A stretch of DNA of 64,000 nt from Glycera tridactyla (taxonomy: Eukaryota). The translations under genes and the position numbers were made by a program. Below the pieces are notes generated by a model. The model ran no database searches, was not told the origin of the DNA, and worked only from the letters and a program-made list of their open reading frames with translations. The stretch lies in contig OZ286466.1 of NCBI GenBank assembly GCA_965644265.1, positions 19,902,001-19,966,000 on the forward strand. The letters run 5' to 3'. Below are positions 13,274 through 26,350 of the stretch, one piece after another; position 1 is the first letter of the stretch; each line of letters opens with the position of its first letter.

Positions 13274-15979
13274 AATTTGACCATTGTTCCACGCAGACAG
13301 AATGCATCCTGTACAGATGATGGTGTTGTTGAGGGCAGATGTCTGAGGAACATATTGAGGACAAGGGCAGCAGGCCTCCAGTGTGATGGTCCCAGTAGGA
13401 TATGCTGATCAGGTGGCCCCTGGCGATGTATCGGCTGAATCGGCCAGCCCAGACTAGAATTGATTCATTCTAATATGAGGAACGTTTCCATGGCAACCAA
13501 CGATCCGTTGCTAGGATGTGATATCGAATGATGACATGACTCTGTGTCCAGGCTGTGGTTCGCAATCGATCGTCCCCCGATTGGCCCCTTTCCCTCTAAA
13601 TTCGAGTTGAGTATTTGGAGATTAATTTGTTAGAATTTTCACGATACTTGACTGTGATATAGTGAGCCGAGGAGTCAATTCTTGAGTGGGCCCAATGAGA
13701 ACGCCATCTCATGAATGAGATATATTCGGCCCAGTTAGGCAAACACATGTTGGACTGTATGTTATTCGGCGAGGAGTGAGCTCATAGGAATTTTAACCAC
13801 AAGTATAAGTTGCAAACTTTTCTATCTCTAAATCTCCCTCCCCCCTCATTGAGCCAGCCTGGCGCATGCAAAGCCTTCTGCAAAATTCGCTTACTAATTC
13901 TCATTCGCCATCATCGTAAATTTTTCGTTGGTGAAAATGACTCCTCCTGAGCGCTGTCATGAAAATTACATTGATGTAAAATAATTTTTTTTGTACCTGT
14001 ATGTGGCCAAACAATTTCATTCATCAAGGAAATGGAGTAAATGGGCAATTGAAGCTAATCAATCCACTGATCATTTCGTTTTTGGAATAGTGTTGTTGCT
14101 TCTGCAAAATAATCCCTCATTTTTGCATGAGTTGAACCTCGTGAGTTCATATGACAGGCTTTCAGGTTGGATATGATTCACGTGTCAGCGATAACCATCG
14201 TGACCAGCCCGTCCGAACCTGTCGGAAGGGAGCTTCACACAGCTCGTCAATAGTTACCTAGCCATATGTATGCGTTATTGAGGGACTAGCAACGAATCTC
14301 TTTTCGTGGTCAGACAAGAAGTGATGATTCCTGTAGATACAACCAACAATCACTTCTCCTGGTGAATATGATGTTTATTTCCCGTAGGATACAGCAATGT
14401 GCAGTAAAATCGTAAGGCGGCTACAACGAATAGGTCTTGAAATATTGCAAAAACGGGTGAACTCACATTTTGCCGTCGATATTCCTTTGTTACTGTTACT
14501 ATACACATCAGTGACTCTCAAATCACAGAAAGCCTGTCACATCATGCACCAACTGCACCCACCAAGACACCATACTGAGTAGAGAACCACTCACATGAAC
14601 AAAACATGTTTGAAATATTGTCCGAGTATATAGAGAGTACGTTCATAGAATCTCTCCTAAATCTTTGGAGGACAAATTTGTCAAGTCTTACTGTTTCTCC
14701 ATATGTGTTGCAATTTCCATGCACACTCAGGCTGAAAAATCCATCTCTGATATATACATTGGTATTCGTCTAGTGTTGGGAAAAATCATTAATTCAGATA
14801 AACATGTACAAGTATAAATGATGAACATAATAGTGATCATACGATAAACATTGTGTTTAGTGAATATATTTAAAGTAGCTGTTTCGTGTAAATTGATAGG
14901 AATGTTCGAAGTCACTGGTTCTATAGAGAACGTTGAAATGGAGAACAACTCAGTAAGTAGACTGCATCAGCGGCTTGGCGTGAGCGGCAGGGGAATCTTC
15001 CGGATTATATCATGCTATCAAGCTGAATAATGTGAATATAAACTTAGATATTCACATTATTGCTCAGAGACGACTCTGTCCAATGGAGAAAACCAGAGAT
15101 ACTTTCGTTAGAAAATATCTCCTTCGCAGCGACTATACAGTGTCCTGGCGGTGCAATCTCAACGAATTTCGATGCGCTGCTCAGTTTTGTTGCAGTCCTA
15201 TTTGCATATCGTCCTAGGTAGTATCCAATAGGACGGACGGACACCATCTTATGAATATGCAATAGGCTGCTGAAGCGCTGCGGCTGTTTTCTTTACGAAA
15301 GCCGGACTATAGTCTGTTCGTTCACATTTGTGAGTCACTTGACTACACGAAATATACACAACGTCTAGCCGATGAGCACCACCTAGACACTTCGTTTTTA
15401 CAGTTTTCGGGGAAGGCCAGGGGACTTCGAACCATACGTCTACACGAAGTCCCAACCGTCACCACAAATATATATCCATTGTTATCTTTGGTTATCAAGC
15501 AAGTTACCAATCAAATCACCAATGTGCACTTTACACCACATCACAATACTCAACTTGGTCGGGACATGCGTCGTTTCCAATCACTCAAACAGCGCAATAC
15601 AGCATTGTTTGCAGGAAGGCTTAGAGAAAGTTATTGGAAACTGAGTCGAAATGGGGAGACATTCAAATATAGAATCCCCGGTTCAATTAGAGGCAGAACT
15701 TGCGTAATATGTCAAGCAGAAATCGTTCAACATTGTTACCCAACTGTAGCGATGAGATCCATCAATCTTATCTTAGTCATTCCAATTAAGTATATGTACG
15801 TATTTTGTTCACGCCTTCCCACTTTTTCAAGCACGTATATTCAATTGCCTTGGGTGCAGTTTCAGACTATAATCCGGACCTGATATGTCTTCAATCCTGT
15901 TCTGTTGGAATCAGGTGTAGGAGAGTAACCATACGGAAAAAGTCTATCAGCAGGCGAAGTAAGGAGTTCAGGATCGAGA

Positions 15980-16111
15980 ATGACGTCTATGTATCGCCCG
16001 TTTGCCTGGAGGGTTTTCCTGCTAGTGGCCAGTGTGATCGTCATCTGCTATCTGTTCACCCTCATCACCTCTACCCCTCTGGCTCGCATGGTGCCTAATC
16101 TCTATGAAAAG
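15980..16111 (+). CDS. METTL24: METTL24-like gene 1, first coding exon (signal anchor) [44 protein letters not shown]
   Basis: 44 codons, hydrophobic stretch, strong phase-0 donor AAG|gtaagc; clearly homologous to the exon at 60499-60627. Confidence 0.85.
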
Positions 16112-19100
16112 GTAAGCTGATAATTGAGAATCACAACACAGGAAATCCATCACAACCCTAGGCCGGTAGAAATTTAGCCTGGTAGCAGCCAACGACGCTA
16201 GGTGGCGCAACTCAACTCCACCTGACGTCGTTGGCGGGTACCAGGCTAGTGGGAATTGCCCGGGAACTTGCCCAACATCACATTGGGGGAAGGCAACGCT
16301 TTTCATCACATTCATCATGTCCAATATCAGTCAACTCCAGTAAAAAATGTGGTCTTGTGATTGCCTCATCCGAGATGTCTAGTATGGGGAGATAAATGAT
16401 GAGGTGGTATTGTTCCATCACATCATTGATATCACTAGCGAAGTCATTTACATGGGCACTTTCTGAAGATGTTATGTTGATCACGGCATTTATGACTTGA
16501 TTTGGTTTGGTTTGTTGGTTGTTTGACGTCCTATAGTCAACATGTTGACTATATTGAGCACCCATACAGTGCAATTGGGTAGGACTATTCAAGATTCCTG
16601 CCTCTAGACCTTGACGGGAGGTGGAGATTTAAGGAATTTCAGATGCCAATCGACATGGTTTGTCGGGGTAACAACTTCTTGGGGGCTACGTACTTGAGCA
16701 TGTAGACATAGGAATTACAGTATTTTATCACATGCCAGTTAATGCATTCATTAACATGTCATTATTGTGAATTTATTATGACCTCTAGTCAGTTATATGT
16801 GTATTCTTTTCGACAGAACGGAGTTCCATCACCACAACCAGTCTCAAAGGTCGAGGTAAATTACTGTTTCATCCGTGTGCACTAACCTAATATACCTTGG
16901 TGGCTGAAGTGGATGTGATATGGAAACTTGTACTCATATATAGGTGATTCTCTCTGACATCCTGGCGAAGGTGGCTCGACCCTGGAAAGCCCAGGTCGAC
17001 CTGAACCGATGGCAGAGAATCCTTCAAGAGTTTTCTAACCTTCTATTTGTCGAGATGTCTCTGTAGCACGAACGCCACTGGCGAGATTCCGGGGAAATAT
17101 ATTTTTCAAAAATAAGTTACTGCGAAACTATGCAGATTTCAAAGAATCTGTTATATCGTTTGACTTGACAGGTACTCATTCTGCCCTCCCTTTCCCACAA
17201 TACGGGGATGCCTATTTACTTTCTTAGTCTCTCTCTCGCCCATTCTCTCTCTTTTCTTCTTCGCCCTATTACGTGACACTGAGGTGTAAGGTTGAATTCT
17301 GTCACGTCTTTATAGTTCCTCTGTCTTTCTGCCAGTCTGCCTATCTGATTGTCTGTCAGTTCTTCTCACACAAAGGTCACATCGATACCATCATGCGCTC
17401 ACGTTGTCTATGCATGGGGTAACATCTATTGCTTAGGTTGACATTTGTTCAAGAGAGGGAAAGAGAGAGCATGCGCGCGTGTGTGCGTGTGCATGAGCAG
17501 GTGCAGTATGTGANNNNNNNNNNNNNNNNNNNNNNNNNNNNNNNNNNNNNNNNNNNNNNNNNNNNNNNNNNNNNNNNNNNNNNNNNNNNNNNNNNNNNNN
17601 NNNNNNNNNNNNNNNNNNNNNNNNNNNNNNNNNNNNNNNNNNNNNNNNNNNNNNNNNNNNNNNNNNNNNNNNNNNNNNNNNNNNNNNNNNNNNNNNNNNN
17701 NNNNNNNNNNNNNNNNNNNNNNAGAAACAGTCATTCTTATGTCTTTCGACTGGTTTGTGTTGGAATTTGAATAAATTAAATACTAATAATAACAATGAAT
17801 ACTAACAGCCACTGAAGTACACAAAATTTGGTAGCAGCTGATTTAGTATGCTGCACAACACAATGTGCTACTACGATGGCAATTTACTATACATTCGACT
17901 AGAAACATTTTCTGGTGGTCTGACGTTGGATGCTATGATTATCTTGCATCGCCATGAAGTCTTGCCGTAATCTTCCCATATTCTGGGTAACTATTGTCAT
18001 TTTCTAATTGGACTGGAATATATGATAGATGCGTCATCCATCTTCTATTGTTTGTCAATATCTCATTCTGTTCTGCCAACGGACGTTCCTTATGACATTT
18101 TCATGTATAATCGGACATGTTCAAAGTTATTTTCATAACAATGGATAACATAAAAGATGGCATATAAAGAAAATATATAGAGAATATTGCCACCACAACA
18201 GCTGCAATTGTTTTGTTTCTTTGTGTCAACATTGAATCGCTCCATTTCTATTGAGTTCTTCTCTGCTATTTCAGAATCAAATAATTCTGATTTTGTGACA
18301 TTAGAATTATGGGAGCTTTCAGTGACCACATGTCAATGTCCATGTTTATGAGTCTATAAACGCATCATCAGATTACATTCTGCTTGAAATCCAGCAATTC
18401 TCCATCTTCGGCCATGTTGTCGTCGTCATCTGTGATCCATTCTTTTTCTGAAATACCCATACTGTGGTGATCTGTTCTCCATGTTCTGTTCAGGGAAAAG
18501 GAAAATGTGAAGTGTTATGTGAGATGTGAATATTTGTCTTTATTGGAACAGAGTGAAGTGCCGAAGATCATGCCAGTCGAAAAGGAGCAGGTAAATCGCT
18601 GAGTGAATATCCCTATATTGTGTGCATTATTGAAGTCTGTCAATTTCAATCGTGGCGGGTACCTTTTTACGCCCTAGCATCGCGAATTGGCGCCGAATTG
18701 AAACGAAACACGCTGACAAACATTGTTGCAATCTCCGGCGACTTGAATTGCAATCTCGGCGAGGTTCCTGTGTATATTTCGCCTCAAGCTCCAAAAATGT
18801 CTATTTCGTGCTAGTATCGCGGCAAGTGCGGCGGCCGCATCTCTCATGTTTTACATACAAATGATCGCCAATGATGCCGGAGGATTCGCCAAATAAATGC
18901 AATGAGATGATGGCGCATCATCTTCAAAAGCACACGGACTACCTGAAACCGGGTTCGATAATCGCCGGAAGACCTATACAACACACTCGTGCCATTAGAG
19001 CTCAGATCAGACGAAATACAGTCGAACCTGTCTACTCGATTTCACCCGCCTCCCTGGAAAGACAACATGTCCGCACACGAATGTCACCTGTATTGAGGAA

Positions 19101-22100
19101 ACACTTGTATATAAGTCCAATTCTCCGTAGAGAATGCATGCAAACGTGACAAATTCATTCATGAGATCGGCTTCCACATGGTTCCGAAAGCTGCACATAG
19201 TTTCGAAAATCGTCTTCTGCACACATTTTGACATCTGGCGACCGCCATGAGCCCCGTGGAAGCAGGTCGCTGATTGGTTGATTTCGCGGGGATTCGGGAT
19301 TCAGCCAATCTGGGATCGCGACATATATCTGTCGATTCTTCCTCATCTCCAGCTTCAAAGATGGTGATTGAACTAGCGAAACTGACAAAACTCTTCGTCA
19401 AATTTGACAATTATAATTTGTTTCCGCACCTTTAAGACTCAATCCGACACGAATATGTGCACATCAGCCCGCCCGAAAAAGATGTTTAACTTTGAGATTC
19501 ACCCGCCCGGGACGCTCGGGGGGCAATCTCTTCGCGCCCTGAATAGTGGTCTTCATAGGTGGGTGGTCTTTATAGAAAGGTCATTTTCTGTTAGAAATTC
19601 TATTACGGTCGCACTTCAGGGTGGTCTTCATTGAGAGGTTGTCTCTATAGATAGGTGGTCTTTAGAGCAGGTTCGACTGTATAGCAAATCATCGCATGAA
19701 ACGTACCCGCCACGTTTGGATTTGACAGAGTATACGGCTTATTCTTCTACCTTTGAGGCACACCTGGTGCTATGAGTGCTTCTCTTTGGTGGATATACAT
19801 ATTACAATACTGGGTACTAACACTAACTTTAGGTGGTGACGAATATATGACAGCTTCAGCAGTGAAACTTCAATCATAATTCATAAGTCATACAATTGGT
19901 AATAGTCCTATCAGTGTGATGTCACAGACAGAGCTGACTTCTTTAGTTAATGGCGTTTCAGTTCATCTGCCTACTCAGCCCTTACCGAGTAGAAGACTGT
20001 TGTCCCTACAGCCATCAACTATCATCCTCAATGGTATGTTTTGTAGTCAATGATAAATGTAACGAAAGTGAATGAAAAATTATTGCACTGTGATTTTACA
20101 GTAATTTGTAAGCATGACTTGGCAGTAAGTACTGATCGAGAGCAATTTCCTCACAAATATATTCTTCAAGTGGTGATATTGAATTCAGTGCATCCTTCTG
20201 ATGAAGGAGTGCTTAGCATGGGTCATCACTAACATCCGATCCTTCTAATATGATACTGATTAGAGTATGAAAGAAACAATACAGACAGTGATAAGGATGA
20301 AAACGTGGCATACTTTGTACCGGAAACATGAGAATACTGAATGTTGTGAAATCTGTATTTTTGTCTTGACTGACACATATTATATGCCAATGACCAAGCC
20401 AGTAGGAGAGGTGATGGTAACTCACATAGTGAAACAACCATATGCTTTGTACATGGTTTGGCTTATGCTGCTGTTCTTTGGGCATACATTGGGCTTGAAG
20501 CGCTTCTCCAGGGTGGATAGGGATATCTAGATACTAGGCACTGTGAGGGGATGAAGAATATTCACAACTTCGAAATGTTTCATGTCATGTTTGGAATTGA
20601 TTAGTCACAGTTAGAAATAGTCATCATGGTATGCCCTAACCAACACAACCTGTCGCAGAAGTTAGTTGATTTTCCAATCTACTTGATCTTTATCAAGAAG
20701 AAAGCTATTATCCATCATTTATTTACTCAGTCATCCTATAATATATGATTTGTAGTCTTCAAAAGGACCACCGAAAGTGGATTTTGATTTAACTACAATA
20801 TATTAGCATGACTCTAGATATTACAGATTAATAGATTCTAAACAATACCACAATACAGTACATTTTATGAGTATGGATATTGAATTATAAGCATTCATTC
20901 GGTGAAGAAGTACAGAGGGGGTGTCATGAATAGTATCCGATACTGCTGATATTATACTGATAGAAGTGGCAACACCAATCATGTCAGAATACTATCAAAT
21001 GAGAATCATCCTGAGTGTCATGTGAAATTTGTATTTTTGTCTTGATTGTAACAGAATGAAGTACCAAAGGCCAAGCCAGTCGATGAGGTAATAGTGAATC
21101 ATCACTCGGTGTGTCACCCAATATTGTGTACACAGTTTTGGCTTATACTCCTATCCCTATTGCATACACTGGGCTTGAAGTGCTTCTCCGTGGTGAATAT
21201 AGATCATTAGGCGGTCGGCACCAACGCTAGCTGTGGTAATGAAGCATACATGTATTTGACAACTTTATGGCGAATTGCAATCAAAATCCATGTGGTTTTC
21301 GACAGGTGAAGATACTCATTATATTATGCTGTTACTGACAGAGCCTATTGCATGAATTAATTGCTCATCAAAATAGAAGGCTGTGGTCCATCCATCCATC
21401 CATCCATCCACCCTTCCATTCATCCATCGATCAATCAATCAATCAATCAACTTCAATTACATTTCCGTAATCTTTATCAAGAGTGGCAAAACTGGATGAA
21501 CCATCAGTTCACTTTGATGTGGCCAGTTCGACAATAATTCATGAGTCAGTGATGATCCGACACGATGCCCTCATGTTGATATTCGTCTTGTATCATGGGA
21601 GCTGTCGCCGAGGTCAGGCATGTAGATGTTTGTACCGAAGAAAATAATGTGAAATCAAATTAAATCAAAGCCTAGGTTGTGAAACTCTATCTCATCTATC
21701 TCAAAATGTCCGCCAGACCTAGAATTATCGCGTTCCAAATTATCACTGAATAATGCTCAAGCTAAGCATTACTTCCACGTATCACAGTCAAACCTTTATT
21801 TCTCGACACTAGAAGACTTCCCGAATCAGAGTGAAACCTTGCAATGTGCAATATATGACACAACTTTCCACGGAGGTTTGATTATTTGCACAAATTAAGA
21901 TTATTCAGACAAATATGAGTCATATGCACGATAAGGTATCGAATGCCGATCGTGTGTATGGGATTCCTGTATGCACATGAAAGAACAGGAAATTTCCATG
22001 GGGACGGTTTCATCAAAGAGCTATAGAAGGTGGACTGGGGTGCAACATTGCAGTCGAATGATGTCGAAACTGCGGTCAATACTCTCCCCTATCCATTTAC

Positions 22101-25100
22101 TGGTGTCAGGAATAAAAATGCTAGACTCTGTCAAAGCCATATGGGGCGGGTACGTTTCAGGCGCTAACTTTGCCATTTCATGTCCGATTTCAGTTTTAAT
22201 GGCACGAACGAAATGTAAAGGTCTTCCGGCGATCATCGAATCTGTGTTCGGCTAGACTGCATGCTTCAGAAGACGGTTACACCATAATTTTATTGCATTT
22301 TTATGACGAATCTGTCGGCATTATCGTTTGTTCTTCCCTATCTGAAACAACGGAGATGCACCAGCCGCACCTGCCGCAAAACCAGCGTGAAATCGACATA
22401 TTTTGCGTTCTGATGTGAAATAAACAAGTGAACCTGGTCGTGATTACATTTCTAGTCGTCGGAGATGTGAGTAACGTCTGTGTGCAAGTGTCATTTCAAT
22501 CTGAAGCGAAGTCACGATGCTAGGGCGAAAAACGTACCCGCCATGATTAAGCTTGACAGACTCTACAATATGATCACCAGCCGTAGGTGACACTGAAATA
22601 TTCATCAGTTATTGATCACTGCGAATATTGATCCGATTGGAATAATATAGCCAATAATTAGGCAATGAAAACTGGAGCTCCGCTAGCTTAGGAAATCAAC
22701 GAACGAAGTGCTAGACGGTTGCACCAACCATGGCAATTCGATTTGGACTTCGATTTAACCCCAGGATGTCCGAAAATGGATATCTGAAATGAGTGACTCC
22801 TCCGCTTCTGGTTCAGACGACATAAAAATCACATCTTCAAGCTTTCAGCTCAAATATTGCACATATCTTCAACCTATCTATTGAAAAGTCGGCTTTTCCC
22901 AAATCATGGAAACATGTAATTATAACCGTGATTCAAAAAGATGGCCCGACCAATGACTTACAGGATTCTCAGGCCCATTCCACTATCATCTGACCCAGGG
23001 AAACGTCTTGAGTGTGTCATACACAAGCAGATGTATGAATATGTTCACGGCCCCAGTACCATGAATGAGGCCCGATTCGGATTCAGGAAGGCTCATTCCT
23101 CGGGCACGTGAGTCCTTGGATATATTTATCAGAAGACCTACAGGGGACCTGTCGGTGGGACGTTCTTCCTGGACCTGGAAAAAGTATTTGATACCGTGGA
23201 CCATGAAGGGCTTACTCAACAGCTGGCCCGTATTGGCTCAAGTCAGAAAAGTGTGCAAGCACTACATTTTCATACAGCATATATTATCATTCTCATACAA
23301 AGCCCTTTCATGTGGATTTGTGTCAGCCAGGACCCAGTCATACCAAGATTGAAATTTATTTCATACTCTCCCATGATATCCCATTTCAAACAGTACCCAT
23401 CTTTCCTTCTGGGTGCAGTACCCCACTGCGTGAAATGGGATGTAGTGCTACCATCTCTCTTGTCTATTGTGAGCTCATCCTCATGCACATCTTGTATCGT
23501 GAGACAATTGCTGACTCTTTTCACTTGACACCATCACCTCTATGATGCATATATCAGGTATGGTTTTCACCCTCTATTTTTGTATATCAATATTATATTG
23601 TAGTTTTGAAATATATATATATTATGACGGGCTACCGGTCTGTTGTAGTGTATGCTGCGAGGGGCGGTCGAAGGTACGGATCACCAAATTCGTCGCGTTC
23701 TCCTACGTTTCCTCTTCTTCAATATGCTTCAATAAAGTGGTGTGGAGTCTACCTCTTGTCTTCGTGTTTTCACTATGAACTACTAGTGCTAGAGTGTCAC
23801 TATAATTCACAAGAGTTCCTGTATGTGGGGGTAGAGTGTATACAAAGTATAACACAACTCGCTCAAATAGTGATGTATCAAGCAGGCTGTTAAGCTCTAC
23901 TCAGTGAGGTACTGGATCTTTGTGGAGTCGATGTCGTAGCCGTCTGTCTGTGGTCCGACCCCTTCCTTGCCCCTGGGTATAACGTCTGGTAGTGCCCGAA
24001 TTGCAGTACCCCGACTTCCTGATTTTCTGGAGAATTTATAGTAAAGTGAGGTATGCCGTTTCTAAGCATACCTCGGCCAATTCTGACGTATGTGTGGCAT
24101 GAGTCGTATTGGGGACTAAAAAGGTGTCCGATATGATCGGGAGGTGCATTCCTCACCGTCTGGGACCATTTTTGGGTTCCTGGGACCCGGCGGTGCCGAG
24201 ATATTGACCTACAAAACCTACGTCACTTGACTACGATAAATAGGTCAATTTTGACGTAGGACCGGCAATTTGGCTTATTCGATGCATTATATAGAATGTT
24301 CTTGACCAATTTCCAAGAAATCAGGTGGTTCTGGCGCTTGTAGCTCGTATGATAGCCGCTACTGCGCTTCGAACCTGGTACCCCCTCTAGGAAGTATTGG
24401 TCTATTAATATTTGCAGCATCAGACTGGCCATGGGCTAAGCCGCGCTCAGTCTTTTGCCCGCTAGCTTTCGTTCTAATCGGACGTATGTATGCTAGCTCT
24501 GCAGGATTCATATATATCAAGTGAGTTACTCCATGATATATGCTCCTGTTTTTAAGGATTTTAGCCCTCTGAAATAAAAAACAAAATGATGAAAAAATGA
24601 TAAAAAAGGAATAAAGGTTATCCCCAAATTGGTAAAATTATTTTGCTATTTTTGAGATCCTTCTTTCTATTCTTTCTCCTTCTTTAAAGAAGACTGCCTC
24701 AGCTGTCTCCATGTCCAATCGTATGGTCAAAGTCTCTGTCTACATGTGTACCTCCTTTTCGAAGCCTCTCAACCCGAGTTATCTATTTTGACAATAATAC
24801 AATATATATATGAATAAATATCATAAGTGACAATAAGTAACAATAAGCAACGATTACCCCAATCTGTGTTTCTGCATGTGTGTTATTTGGCATGGTGAAA
24901 TGTGATATGTGTGGGTATAATCGTACTTGTATATTCGAGACTTCCCCCAGGCTTTGCTTCCGAACTGATCTGACTAATAGCCAGTCGTTCGTACTAATTG
25001 TCATTGAAACTATCATCGTTACGAGCGGCTCGTGCCAATGTCTGTATTATGGCCTGCATATCAGGTTCCACGCGTTACCAGTCAAGCATATAATTGTAGC

Positions 25101-25520
25101 CGCGCCAGACTTGCCTGGCTTTCTTGACCGTCCGTAACATGATCGTTTCACTCAACGCCGGTTCACTAGTCTCTAGGCGTTGCTGAGATATTGACCTACA
25201 AAACCTACGTCACTTGACTACGATAAATAGGTCAATTTTGACGTAGGACCGGCAATTTGGCTTATTCAATGCCTTATATAGAATGTTCTTGACCAATTTC
25301 CAAGAAATCAGGTGGTTCTGGTGCTTGTAGCTCGTATGATAGCCGCTACTGCGCTTCGAACCTGGTACCCCCACTAGGAAGTATTGGTCTATTAATATTT
25401 GCAGCATCAGACTGGCCATGGGCTAAGCCGCGCTCAGTCTTTTGCCCGCTAGCTTTCGTTCTAATCGGACGTATGTATGCTAGCTCTGCAGGATTCATAT
25501 ATATCAAGTAAGTTACTCCA

Positions 25521-25562
<42 letters not shown>

Positions 25563-26296
25563 TGGAGTCACTAGCGGCTATTCATACAAGCTACAGGCGC
25601 CAGAACCGCCGGATTTCTTGGAAACTGGTCAAGAACAATCCATATAAGACATGGAATCGGCCAAATCGCCGATCCTACGTCAGAATTGACCTAATTATCG
25701 TAGGCTGATGACGTAGGTTTGTAGGTCAATATCTCGGCACCGCTGGGTCCCAGGAACCCAAAAATGGTCCAAGACGGTGAGGAATGTACCTTCCGATCAT
25801 ATCGGACTCCTTTTAAGTCACCAATGTGGCTCACGCCACGCATACGTCAGAATTGGCCGAGGAATGCTTAGAAACGGCATACCTCACTTTACTATAAAAT
25901 CTCCAGAAAATCGAGAAATCGGGGCACTGCAATACGGGCACTACCGGACGTTATCCCAGGGGCAAGGAAGGGACTGGACTACCGAACGGAGGGCTACGAC
26001 ATCGACATCCCCAAGATCTAGTACCTCACTTAGTAGAGCTTAACAGCCTGCTTGTCACAGCATTATTCGAGCGAGTTGTGTTATACTTCGTAGACCCTCT
26101 ACCCCCACACTCTAGAGCTTGTGTACAATATAGTGACATTCTATGGCTAGTGGTTCATAGTGAAAATACGGAAACACGAAGTGGACTCAACATCACTTTA
26201 ATAAGGGAACTATTGGTCGCAGAAGAACGCGATGAAATTTGGTGGTCCATACCTTCCACTGCCCCTCGCAGATACAATATAACACCAGAAGCCGTC

Positions 26297-26350
<54 letters not shown>

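Noticed and set aside
14900-14952. Possible 5' UTR exon of gene 1 ending at ca|gtaagt
   Set aside because: Supported only by a donor motif and mild CpG enrichment; too weak to call without transcripts.
26078-26344. N-terminal part of the 336-aa ORF
   Set aside because: Artefactual fusion of repeat E3 and a (TA)n tract (IYIYIY) to the LINE fragment.
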